Shown here: piece by piece, positions 51,388 through 62,342 of the stretch | How positions within the stretch are numbered: position 1 is the stretch's first letter | How the letters are laid out: each line of letters opens with the position of its first letter | From: Basidiobolus meristosporus CBS 931.73 | Lineage: Eukaryota; Fungi; Basidiobolomycota | Assembly: GCA_002104905.1 (NCBI GenBank) | Contig: MCFE01000264.1 | Span: forward strand, 1-64,000 | Direction: 5' to 3' | DNA: 64,000 bases | The notes under the pieces: model-generated | The model's input: only the letters and a program-made list of their open reading frames with translations | What the model was told of the DNA's origin: nothing | Databases searched by the model: none | Translations under genes and position numbers: made by a program

Positions 51388-53207
51388 ATGATAGTTCCTC
51401 GTTTGCTTGCTGTGCCGAGTTTTTTGGCCGGAATTCACATGGTTTCGGCGTTCGACGAAAAGTGCGATACGAATTTCGTCACATACTGGGGACAGAACTC
51501 CTTTGGTATTGCCAATGCCGATAGAGGCAAATGGGAGAGGTCTCTGGGTTCCTACTGCAATGACGATTCTCTAGACGTGATTAATCTAAGCTTCATGAAT
51601 ATTTTCAATGCGGGAACACCATCTCCGCCCGTGATCAATCTCTCCTTTCATTGTGAGAGCAATCCCTTCCCTGGGACTTCGCTCTTTAGTTGTCCGGACA
51701 TCGGGAAGGACATCGAGTACTGCCAGTCGAAAGGGAAAAAGATCATCATATCTCTCGGCGGTGCTACCGGCTCATATGGATTCAACAACGACGCTGATGC
51801 GATCGGGTTTGCTCAAACAGTTTGGGATCGATTCCTTGGTGGCTCCTCGAATGAGCGCCCTTTCGGCGAAGCCAAACTAGACGGGATTGATCTTGATATC
51901 GAGGGAGGAAGTGGCAATGGATATAGTGCCTTTATCAAGGCCCTCCGCGAACTATACGACAAGGATGCCAGCAAAAAGTACTACATCACGGGGGCGCCGC
52001 AATGTCCTTTCCCCGACATATTCTTGGGTCCTGCGCTAAACGATGCCTGGTTCGATATGGTATTTGTTCAATTCTACAACAACTACTGCTCGGTCAGCAA
52101 CCCTGGCCAATTTAATTTCGGTGACTGGGATACCTGGGCCACCACGAAGTCCATCAACAAAGACGTGAAGATCTACCTTGGTGTTCCGGGTGCCCAAACT
52201 GCCGCCAGTATGGGATATCTGCCGGCTTCTCAACTTGAGCCAATTATCGACGACATCCGAGCAAAATATCCCTCCTTCGGCGGTGTGATGGCCTGGGACG
52301 CTTCCTCTTCGGATATGAACGTGGAGAATGGGGCTAGTTTCGCCCAATTAATCAAGGGCAAGTTAAAAGCCTCTCCCAAATGTGGGGGTCAACCCGGCCC
52401 AAGCTCTCAGAAACCAGCCACATCTGCCGATCAGTCAACCAGTCCCTCGTTATCATCTAGTTCTACGACAGAGCAATCCTCCAAGCCGTCACCTAGCACC
52501 TCCACAACTCAAGCTTCCGAACCATCGCCAGTAGCAACCGCACCGAGCCAGGAGTGCCCTGTTGAAGGAGCTCCATGTTCAGAAAACGAAACCGGCTGCA
52601 ATGGATACAACTATGCTTCATGTTTGAATGGTAAGTAACGTTTAATTTGGCCGGCAATGTTGAGCGCGTATTGAGTTATTCTACACGTATAGGCCAATGG
52701 ATACTGCGCCCATGTAGTACAGATCAATCACTCTACTGTGCAAAAGGCAGCTCTGGCGTCTATTGTGACTGGGCGGCTGGGAAAAATGTTCAATCGTGCG
52801 GGGCGCCTAATGGCTTGATCCGCAGACGATTCGTTGCTGAGGAGGCCCAAGTCCAAGCCAAAGAGAACAGAAACATCATGATTGATTTTGTGGAGGACGC
52901 GGCTGATGCCTCTGAGAAGGAGTTTATCACTCTATTACGAATTCGCAGCACAACAAACTCCCCAATCTCGAATGCCTGGCAGGTCAAGTTCGCCATCCCT
53001 GAGAACGAGGTCGTCACCAGGATCAGTCGCGGACAGTATACCCAGGATGGCTCGATGGTGACATTAAAGAGCAACCCCTCCGAGGAATCCGATCAAAACA
53101 TGGCCATCCTGATTGTGGTCAGGGGAAATATCATTTCACAGCCTCGCCCAATCCTCAACAACAACCGACCAGGCCAGGCACAGTTTGAAGATCTCGGATC
53201 AGTCTAG
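51388..53207 (+). CDS. GH18 class III (CTS1-like) endochitinase: signal peptide, catalytic domain, Ser/Thr/Pro linker, Cys-rich CBM19-like module, C-terminal extra domain; 1 intron
   Basis: YWGQNS, SLGGATG, LDGIDLDIE (DxDxE), GAPQCPFPD, VQFYNNYC and GGVMAWD. Intron 52631-52692 joins CPVEGAPC..CNGYNYASCLNG to QWILRPC..C..C. Confidence 0.96.
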
Positions 53208-53884
53208 TGACCGAGTCAAGTGCCACCGAAGTCCCTCAAGGGTATCGCCCTGCACTATACCTCTGTTACCCCTCCCATAGTTTTGGAGTTTTTTAATTGT
53301 TGGTCTCTAATGTATACTAATAAATATCTGCCCTATACGTTTTAAACGTCTGTTCCCAGTTTTTCACGTGAACCTCAACGACGGCCGGGTTTTTGGTTTC
53401 TCCGCATTCAAACAGCATTCTACCAGATAGCTGTGTGCCAACATCTTTCGGTAGGATTGGTGTGAGTCAATGCCTCAATCATCACTAAGGAGCCATAGAG
53501 AGTGAAATGAGTATAATTCAGATGAGGAGGGTTCGCCAGCATCGATCTCAAACTCCAATTTACCCTGCGATGGCCCAAGCAATTGCAATGAATGCTATGC
53601 CAATCCAAGATCCTAAATTCGAAATTCTAATCGAGTCGGTACGTCTCTCCCAGCTCCCCAAGGGTTGGAGTTCGTTAGTGTCGACGAACCTAATCAAATT
53701 TACAAAGGCTGATGCAACCGATCCACTTTCAAGACGGTCCATCGTTGGGTGCTGGATATGTTGCAATTAGTTAGTAAGCCACCCGATTAGTACAACTAGA
53801 TTATGCTTGTGCAATTGATTGGTCTTTAATGCAGTCAAAATATCTTTCACTTCCTCAAAAATTCCTTGACTTACACACATACAT

Positions 53885-54994
53885 ACATACTCACCTAACT
53901 TGGTCACTTGGGTCATAGTCTAGAATCATGGAGAATTGTGGCCAAATTCCTTGTTGGGATTTACTTGGAATATTTTGTACAAAACATCAGGTACCCAGAA
54001 CATGAAAAATGTTGAAGTTGCCCAAACAGCCCCAAACTTTGTAGACATGCTTTTGGGACATTCCTAAACATGGTCTATGGGTTTGCTCTGCCCAGACCAT
54101 ACAAAAGTATAAATATTACTTTTACACTCAATGTCTTATTAAGTGAAAACCACAAAATATACTTGTTTTTCCCAATCACCTCCTATAGCTCCAAGCTCTT
54201 AGAGCAGGCTAAGAGTCACATGCTGTTACTCTTGGGAATATCTGCTGCTGGTATTACTGGAGCTGTTTCCTTTGCTGTAATTAGGATGGAAGTTGTTGTA
54301 ACAGTTTTGGAGATAGTGGAAGTAATTGGGAGTGCAAGTAGATTATGTGGTTTTCACTTAGCAACTTACTGAATGTAAAAGTGATACTTATACTTTTACA
54401 TGGTCTTGGAAAAACAAACATGTAAAATATGCTCAGAAAGGTCCCAAGAGCATGTGAGTAATGTTTGGGGTTCTTGGGATTACTCTGAAATTTCATGTTC
54501 TGAGTCCCTGCAATTTAGTGAAAATACTCTGAGCAAATCCCACCAGGGAACTAGGTTAGAATTTGTGAAGATTTGTAGGTAGTGATCTATGTGACTAAGT
54601 TAGGTGCATTCTTGATTATCTTATAAAAATGTAGTAGGGGATTTCTTGTTGTAAAAGTCCTGGAGATATTAGAAGTGATTGGGAGAACATATAGAATATA
54701 TAGATTTCACTCAATGATATAGTGAATGAAGCAAAATATTTGTACTTTTACATGGTCTTGGCATGAAAGACATGCAGAATAGGCTTAGAAAGGCTCCAAG
54801 AACATTTGTGCAAAGTTTAGGGCAGTTTGAGAAACTTTGAGAATTTTCATATTCTGGGTACCTGCTATTTTTGTTGGAGTATTCCAAGTAAAATCCAACA
54901 AGGAATTTGATTAGTATTCTCTAAGATTTGTAGGTAATGATTTAAGTAACTAGTTCAGGAAAACATGTGGGTAGAATTACCAATTTTTACAACA
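53885..54994. mobile_element. Three adjacent solo LTR copies (about 53885-54205 sense, 54294-54629 and 54647-54994 antisense)
   Basis: Each aligns along its length to the 348-bp LTR. TGTTGTAA starts at 54294 and 54647, and TTACAACA ends at 54994. Confidence 0.88.
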
Positions 54995-55036
54995 TTGCCA
55001 CTGATTTAATTGTTCTTACTGAATAGTCCTAATTTT

Positions 55037-58000
55037 TGTTGTAAGAGTCTTGGAGATATTGGAAGTGATTTGGAGAACAAGTAGATTATGTGGTTTTCAC
55101 TTAATGATTTATTGAATGTAAAAGTAGTATTTATACTTTTACCTAGTCTTGGCATTAAAACATGTAGAATAGGTTAAGGAAGGTCCCAAGAGCATGTGTG
55201 CAAAGTTTGGGGCTGATTGGACAACTTTGAGAATTTTCATGTTCTGGATACCTGGCATTTTGGTGAAAATATTCTAAGTAAATCCCAACAAGGAATTTGG
55301 TCAGTATTCTCTAGGATTTGAAGGTGATGATCTAAGTGACTAAGTTAGGTGAATATTTAGGTGGAAATACAAACTTTTACAACACTCCCACTCAGCTAAA
55401 TGCTCATACTGACTAGTCCTAATTTTGACCTAAGATATTCAAACTTGTCTCTAGCTAATGGTTTGGTAAATATGTCTGCAATCATTTCATCTGTAGGACA
55501 GTAAACTAAGCTAACTAAGTTATTCTCTATAGCTTCACGTATGAAATGATGTCTAATATCTATGTGCTTGGTTCTAGCATGAAAAGTTGGATTTCTACCT
55601 AATTGTATACATCCTTGATTATCTTGAAATAAAGTAATAGGCGTTTTTTGACATAGGCCTAAATCTGTAAATAGCTTTCTTAACCACATTGCTACTTTTG
55701 TAGCTTCACAGGCTGCCATATACTCTGCCTCTGTGGTGGAAAGTGCTACGGTTGGTTGCTTTCTTGAATTCCATGAAATTGCTCCTTTACAGTAAAGAAA
55801 AGTGTATTCTGTGGTGGATCTTCTGTCTTCTAAATTTTGTCCCCAATCAGCATCAGAGTATCCCACAAGATCCTGTTCTGAATCCTTATAAGTGTATCTT
55901 AAGCAGATATCAGCAGTTCCTTTTAGGTATCTAAAAATCCGCTTAACTGCCGCAATATGATCAGATCCATAATTTGGATTATGTTGGCTGACAACTCCCA
56001 CTGAATATGAGATATCTGGATGTGTTCCAAGCATGATATACATCAGACTGCCGACCATAGATTGATAAGGAAAGTCAGGGCTTTCAGATGGCACCAAGCT
56101 CTCTTGATTTGGTTGAGTTTTGACCAAGTTAAGGTTTGTCTCCATTGGGGTAGCTGCCGGTTTACAGTCTTCCATTTTGTACTTCTTTAGTATATCTTGA
56201 ATATACTTGGATTGGCTTAGGGTAATAGTCTGGGTACTTCTGTCTATGGAGAACTTAATCCCTAAGTAGTAACTAAGTTCTCCTAAATCAGACATCTTGA
56301 ACTCCTTAGATAGGCTGGATTTAGTCTCTTCCAATGTTTCTAGGTTATTGGCGACTATAATAAGATCATCCACATATAGAGCTAATATAACTGGATTTGC
56401 TCTATCTGGCTTATAGTATATACTATAGTCAGCATTACTTCTTTTGAAACTCAAAGATTCCAAATATGAATCTATCTTGCAATTCCAGGCTCTCAGTGAT
56501 TGTTTGAGACCATATAGTGACTTTTTAAGCTTGCAGACCAAATGGGGGTTATTTTGGTCAACAAACCCATCAGGCTGGTCCATATACACGTCCTCATCAA
56601 GTTCTCCATTCAAAAATGCAGTTTTTACATCAATTTGATGAATAAAAAACTTATATTTGGCTGCAATAGCCAATATTAATATGATGGAATTAAACTTGGC
56701 TACCGGTGCAAAGGTCTCAGTATAGTCAAGTCCTTTTGTTTGAGAGTATCCTTTGGCTACAAGTCTTGCTTTGTATCTTTCAATTGTACCATCAGACTTG
56801 TATTTTGTCTTGAAGACCCATCTGCATCCAATTGATTTTTTGACTATGTCCCAAGTTTGATTTTCCATCAGGGCCTGATATTCCTCAGTCATTGCAGATC
56901 TCCAAAACTTTGTCTGAGGGCTATTTAGGGCCTCTTTTACAGTCTGGGGCTCATCAATATGGACTGCATAGGCATAGGCTAAGTTTGTACCCTCATTAAT
57001 ATAGTAATTCGGGCTATTTCTTGTCCAATTGGATCTCCGGGCATTTGATACTGGAATGATCACTTCTGGGATATTCCTGGGCACTGATTCTGGCTGAACC
57101 ACAGTTGTAGAGTCCTCTGGAGTGAAAAAATTTTCATTGTTTTGCTCTGATTCAATCCTGACAATTGGTGGACTTGAGATCAGATTTTTGTCATCATCTG
57201 ATGTCATTTTTTGTGAAAATTTTGAATTTTCATCAAACAACACATCCCTGGACTTGATCAGCTTCTTTGCTTTGGTATTGTAGAGTCTGTATGCCTTACT
57301 CTCATTGCAGTAGCTCAATAATATACATTTTACACTTTTTGGCTCAAATTTTGACTGATTTCCGGCCAGTTTTTTGGCATATGCTGTACACCCAAATATT
57401 CTTAGATGTTCTGCACTTGGTCTGTATCCATACCATGCTTCAAATGGAGTAGAATCAACAAGTATTCTGTTATAACTCCTATTTTTAAGATATACAGCAG
57501 TGGCAACTGATTCCGCCCAAAAATCATAGGATAATTTTTGATCATGGATCATACATCTTGCCATATCAATTATTGATCTGTTAGCTTGTTCTGCTACTCC
57601 ATTTTGCTGTGGGGAGTATGGTACAGTAGTCTCTTGCTTTATCCCATGAATTTTGCAGAAGTGGATGAAGAGTTTGGAGGTATATTCTCCACCATTGTCA
57701 GAGCGTATTTTCTTGATTTTTTCACCAGTTTCTCTCTCCACCATGGCTTTAAACTCCCTGATCTTAGACAGAGCTTCTTCCTTTCTCTCCATGAAGTAGA
57801 CCCATGTGTATCTTGTATAATCATCAATAAAAGTGATTAAATACTTCATCCCGCCTAAGGATAAATTTTGCATAGGTCCACACAGATCTGAGTGAATTAG
57901 ATCTAATTTTTTCTTAGTTTTGATTAACCCAGAACTCTTAAACGGTTGTCTGGCTTGTTTCCCATATATGCAGGCTTCACAGTGCTCCAAATTAGCTGGG

Positions 58001-59705
58001 GGATCAATTTTCACTCCAGAAATTAGCTGATCTTTGATCATTTTACGCAAATAATCAAAATTGATGTGTCCAAATCTCCTGTGCCAAAGCATTGGTGTTT
58101 CTTCATTTAAGTTACTTATATTGGCTTCCAAATATGATGGAATATAAGTCAACCTGTATAGATTCTGATCTCTGATGCCCAAAGCAATATGAGCACCATT
58201 TTGATCAGTGATCCTGCATCCAGAATTGTCAAAACTGAAACTGAGTCCTTCTGCTGTGGCCTTGCTTACAGAGAGTAGGTTCTTGGCTATTTCTGGTACA
58301 TAGAGTACTTCTTTAAAGGTCAGTGTATGGCTTCCTTCACTGCTTCTAAGGTTTACTTGGATAGTTCCTTCTCCCACTGCATCAAGTGTTCTATTGTCAC
58401 CCATGAAAACCTTCTTAATTGGAATTTCTTGATATTGGGTAAAAAGTTCTTTTTGGTGTGTAAAGTGTTGAGAAGCTCCAGAGTCAATATACCACGTCTG
58501 AGAATCCTTGTTTGTGGTCATATTTAGTGCAGATATCAATAGTCTATCTTCAGTTGTTGCAGCATTTCCATATTCAGGCTTCTTTTGCTGATAATCTCTC
58601 TTTTTGAGACACCGGTCTGATGTGTGTCCTTTCCTTTTGCAGTAGTTGCAAAATAGGTTGCTGTTGCCTTTGTAGGGTCTTGGGTACCTCCTTTGTTGGT
58701 TATCATTGCTTATTAAAGCATTTTCTTCTTCCTTCTTATTGGCGCTTGATTTCCTTAATTCTTCATCCAGGAGCCTTCCATATACGTAATTTAAGGTCAA
58801 ATCTTCAGTTCTGGACTCTAGGGCTGATACAAGGCCCTGAAACTCGTCTGTCAGGCTATTCAGGATGGTAACTATCACATCCTCATCAGTAGTTGGTACA
58901 CCCACAGATTCCATCTCCTCTACCAGCAGGGTAATTCTGTTAATTGGATATTTCATTTCTTCTCCTGGCAGCATCTTTGTAGTAAAGAATTTTCTTCTCA
59001 GATACATTTTCTTGGCAGCTGAACATGACTGGTAGGTGTCTTCTAATGCCTTCCAGGCATTCTTTGCCGTTTTTGCTCTTGAGCATTGAATTAGCAATTT
59101 GTCCTTGACATTAAGGCAAATGCAGTTAAAGGCACTTTGTTCTTTCTTCTGGTACTTTAAGGCTTCCTCTCCCACATTTTTAGGAGGGCATTCTTCTCCC
59201 ATGACAATATCCCAAAGGCCTCTTTCTTGTAGCAGCATCTTCATCTTCACCTTCCACACTTGGTAGTTAGAGCCATCCAACTTTTCAGCAGAGGGAAAAA
59301 TTCCAGTAATAGCAGTAGCGGACATTGCAGAGAGTGACAGCTTGGGGCTCATAACCTGTTGTAAGAGTCTTGGAGATATTGGAAGTGATTGGGAGAACAA
59401 GTAGATTATGTGGTTTTCACTTAATGATTTATTGAATGTAAAAGTAGTATTTATACTTTTACCTGGTCTTGGCATTACAAACACGTAGAATAGGTTAAGG
59501 AAGGTCCCAAGAGCATGTGTGCAAAGTTTGGGGCTGTTTGGACAACTTTGAGAATTTTCATGTTCTGGGTACCTGGCATTTTGGTGAAAATATTCTAAGT
59601 AAATCCCAACAAGGAATTTGGTCAGTATTCTCTAGGATTTGAAGGTGATGATCTAAGTGACTAAGTTAGGTGAATATTTAGGTGGAAATACAAATTTTTA
59701 CAACA
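55037..59705 (-). mobile_element. Full-length Ty1/copia LTR retrotransposon
   Basis: LTRs at 55037-55384 (348 bp) and 59357-59705 (349 bp), both TGTTG...CAACA. By my count they differ by 6 substitutions and 1 indel. PBS GGTTATGAGCCC at 59345-59356; polypurine tract GAGTGGGAG next to the 3' LTR. Confidence 0.98.
55396..59352 (-). CDS. Copia gag-pol polyprotein (single open frame)
   Basis: Gag knuckle CNYCKRKGHTSDRC, protease WYIDSGASQH, integrase HRRFGH..CEAC / IHSD / SDNGGEY / GVAE, RT KARLVAKG / DVKTAFLNG / YVDD, RNase H DADW..TEAEY..QDNQG. Start is ATG 59352 or 59325. Confidence 0.96.
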   Translation of the reverse strand: MSPKLSLSAMSATAITGIFPSAEKLDGSNYQVWKVKMKMLLQERGLWDIVMGEECPPKNVGEEALKYQKKEQSAFNCICLNVKDKLLIQCSRAKTAKNAWKALEDTYQSCSAAKKMYLRRKFFTTKMLPGEEMKYPINRITLLVEEMESVGVPTTDEDVIVTILNSLTDEFQGLVSALESRTEDLTLNYVYGRLLDEELRKSSANKKEEENALISNDNQQRRYPRPYKGNSNLFCNYCKRKGHTSDRCLKKRDYQQKKPEYGNAATTEDRLLISALNMTTNKDSQTWYIDSGASQHFTHQKELFTQYQEIPIKKVFMGDNRTLDAVGEGTIQVNLRSSEGSHTLTFKEVLYVPEIAKNLLSVSKATAEGLSFSFDNSGCRITDQNGAHIALGIRDQNLYRLTYIPSYLEANISNLNEETPMLWHRRFGHINFDYLRKMIKDQLISGVKIDPPANLEHCEACIYGKQARQPFKSSGLIKTKKKLDLIHSDLCGPMQNLSLGGMKYLITFIDDYTRYTWVYFMERKEEALSKIREFKAMVERETGEKIKKIRSDNGGEYTSKLFIHFCKIHGIKQETTVPYSPQQNGVAEQANRSIIDMARCMIHDQKLSYDFWAESVATAVYLKNRSYNRILVDSTPFEAWYGYRPSAEHLRIFGCTAYAKKLAGNQSKFEPKSVKCILLSYCNESKAYRLYNTKAKKLIKSRDVLFDENSKFSQKMTSDDDKNLISSPPIVRIESEQNNENFFTPEDSTTVVQPESVPRNIPEVIIPVSNARRSNWTRNSPNYYINEGTNLAYAYAVHIDEPQTVKEALNSPQTKFWRSAMTEEYQALMENQTWDIVKKSIGCRWVFKTKYKSDGTIERYKARLVAKGYSQTKGLDYTETFAPVAKFNSIILILAIAAKYKFFIHQIDVKTAFLNGELDEDVYMDQPDGFVDQNNPHLVCKLKKSLYGLKQSLRAWNCKIDSYLESLSFKRSNADYSIYYKPDRANPVILALYVDDLIIVANNLETLEETKSSLSKEFKMSDLGELSYYLGIKFSIDRSTQTITLSQSKYIQDILKKYKMEDCKPAATPMETNLNLVKTQPNQESLVPSESPDFPYQSMVGSLMYIMLGTHPDISYSVGVVSQHNPNYGSDHIAAVKRIFRYLKGTADICLRYTYKDSEQDLVGYSDADWGQNLEDRRSTTEYTFLYCKGAISWNSRKQPTVALSTTEAEYMAACEATKVAMWLRKLFTDLGLCQKTPITLFQDNQGCIQLGRNPTFHARTKHIDIRHHFIREAIENNLVSLVYCPTDEMIADIFTKPLARDKFEYLRSKLGLVSMSI

Positions 59706-61900
59706 ACTTGATGGTATTTTGATGGCCTCACAACAAGACTCTGATGGCATTACATTGGCAGTATGACAGCCTGCAGCTGGTTCTGTATAATGCTACTGTA
59801 CCAATTTACCAAATGGTATTTCCTTTTCTACCTCCCCTTGTGAAATTCATATATTCCACTGTAGAATTGCCCCTCTTTATTTGCTTACCCACTACTACCT
59901 TGGGTATTTCACATATAGTCTGAATCAAAAAAAACATGGCCTCCTGCTTACTAACCTCTACAAATGCGCATACCTGCCGCATCTTGCAAGCATATGCTTG
60001 GTTGTCACCACTTTTGCCATAAATACCTCCTGAATATCAGCAAAGAACTTCTTGGTATTTAGCCAATATATTCCTTCTCCCTACTGGATTCTAGTCCCCC
60101 TTATAGGTGTGCTCTGGCTTTTGTTTGTGTCAATTCCATATTGAATGGTGTAGAAGTTGGCTTTGACCAAGAGAAAGCCAGTATACTTTGGTTGAGTTTT
60201 CCTATAAAAATTAGTTGCTTGTTGCTCCCAACCCAACTTTGGATTACTTAACTGATTACCCATGCATTAGGGCTACTTAGCTTCTTAATGCCATATGCAT
60301 AGGTGTGTTCATGTGCACATTTGCCCTTGGTAATTTTCAACTCTTCCTGGCTGTTCTCCATGTGCCAACTCATCACATCCATGCTGGACTTTAAGGTAAT
60401 ATTCTTGATGAGATTTGGATATGGTAGGACCTGCAACTTGACTTGTCTTCCTATCTCTTCACACATCTGCTCTATAGGAGGCTCCCAAAAGGTGAGGCAA
60501 GGCCCAATATTCTCCACACACTGTGCAAGATGGAGTAGAGAATGGATTCAGTAGCAGCAGAGATCTACATGTTCAGCTTTATGCTTTTAGTATAGCTGCT
60601 CAAATCCTGTCACAAACTCCTTGAACAACAGCTGTAGATGCATCAGGTTGGCACTGGCAATCCACTTCTGGATAAATATTCTTACAATGTCCACATATGA
60701 CTCCCAATGCTCCAATGCACTCTTGGTAGGAATGGCTTCAGAATGCCACTTGAATAAATATATATCCAGTTCATCCAGTCTTTGCATTTGTATTGTTGCA
60801 TATAGGTATGAATATTAATTGGAGCCTGAGAGAAGTACTTAGGGAAGCAGACACTCTGTAATATCTTGCCAACTGTTTCAGATTTCTCTGGTATTTCAGA
60901 GGGCTCATTTAGCTTGAAATGCCCCATGTACAACTTGGTCATCAGTATACGGATATGGTTGAAAAGCAAATACATTACTCCCAGTGGAAAGCTTTAGCTC
61001 CAACAAATACCCTCTATCTTGAGTATCTCCAGTTTCCAATTGATTCCATATTCTGGCCAGTGACCTATAGCTTGCCAACTTTGCTGCAATTGCATGCTGA
61101 CTTCTGTACATTCTCTTGGTGGAAAGATGATATTCTTAGTGCTGGTGTTTGGGTAATAATAATGTGTGTGAGTTTTGGAGTAACTCCCCTTGATCTCACA
61201 CATTTGACAGCAATACCATCCATTGTGCCTGGATAACCTGCTATCTTGCTGATAGCTGGGGTATCTCCTATACAAATAATACTATGCACTTTTACATGAT
61301 GGCCATTTACTGTTATCTTGCTGGAAAGCATACAAAATTTTTCCAGCAATGGATACAAGTCACTATTCAGGTTAGACAGTGATTTAGGCCCAGATACTAG
61401 TGAGACTACCATCAGATTATTGCTCTGATACCATAAGTTGAGTGGCAGATTCTGGGATGAATTTGGCAAGAGGCAGTAATATATCCTAAAAGCCCCCATT
61501 ACTAATATTAGTGGAAATGTGACACCTCTCTAGCCACATCATTGTATCACTCACCAGTTGCTGGATTACTGGGCTCACTTGGCTCCATAAAGTATCCTTG
61601 GCATTTGTTTCAATGGGTGTTGTCTCATTGCATATAGGGATCTGACTGGGCTCATATGCAGTACTGTCAATAGGGGAGAAAGGCTCAAAATCTATCAGTG
61701 AACCTTCCTTGTCAGAGCAATCACTCTGCATGCTATATTCAGAAGGCTGAGATGAGGCTAAAGGCATCACAAACACACCTAACTCAGTTTGCACAAGGTG
61801 CCAAAGATGGCCAGATGCTGTTATAGAAGTATTAACTGGCCAGCAAGATAATGTTGGTGCAGTAGTGACCAATGAATGGTCAAATAGGACTTGTGTGGCA
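59706..61900 (-). mobile_element. Decayed CACTA/En-Spm (Tnp2-like) transposase
   Basis: Fragments in shifting frames: NLPLNLWY..N..VSGP..LNS.LYPLLE, IGDTPAISK, APINI..YK..DWMNW..YS, FVTGFEQLY and HSLLHLAQC..IGP..FWEPPIE. Multiple stops and frameshifts; strongly CpG-depleted. Confidence 0.82.
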
Positions 61901-62342
61901 AAACACTGGCCATGATCCTTGCAATACTCCCTATGCTGTCTGCGTGCTTCATGGCTGAGAGACTTGCCACAATAGCCACATGGTCTTTTTCTCTTCTCTT
62001 ATGGCGTTGAGTCAAAGTTATCCTGTCCATGGGGCAAACAGTTTGACCTTCAACTGTGTAATGCTATTATTTCACTTTTTGGTCAATATTCATGTGAACT
62101 TAAGACAGTCTTGTATTTGAGACATTGCACCTACATGAATGTAAGATTCAATGATAACCTGCCATAGTATGCATTATAAATAAAGTTATGGCTCCACATA
62201 CACATGTATATGTAACACTATTTCCCCATTGGTTTGACTCACTTCCATATATATACTGCCAAAGGATAAAGCAAAGTCATCTGATTCCCAACCAAACCCC
62301 ACCACTGACAGCAACAGAAGAACTGTTGGACAACAGCTTGCT

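Noticed and set aside
59353-59484. N-terminal extension of gag read from inside the LTR (MFVMPRPGKSINTTFTF..), also seen as short ORFs in solo LTRs
   Set aside because: Its ATGs lie upstream of the LTR TATAAATA box, so they would not be in the transcript. Recurrence in solo LTRs reflects shared sequence.
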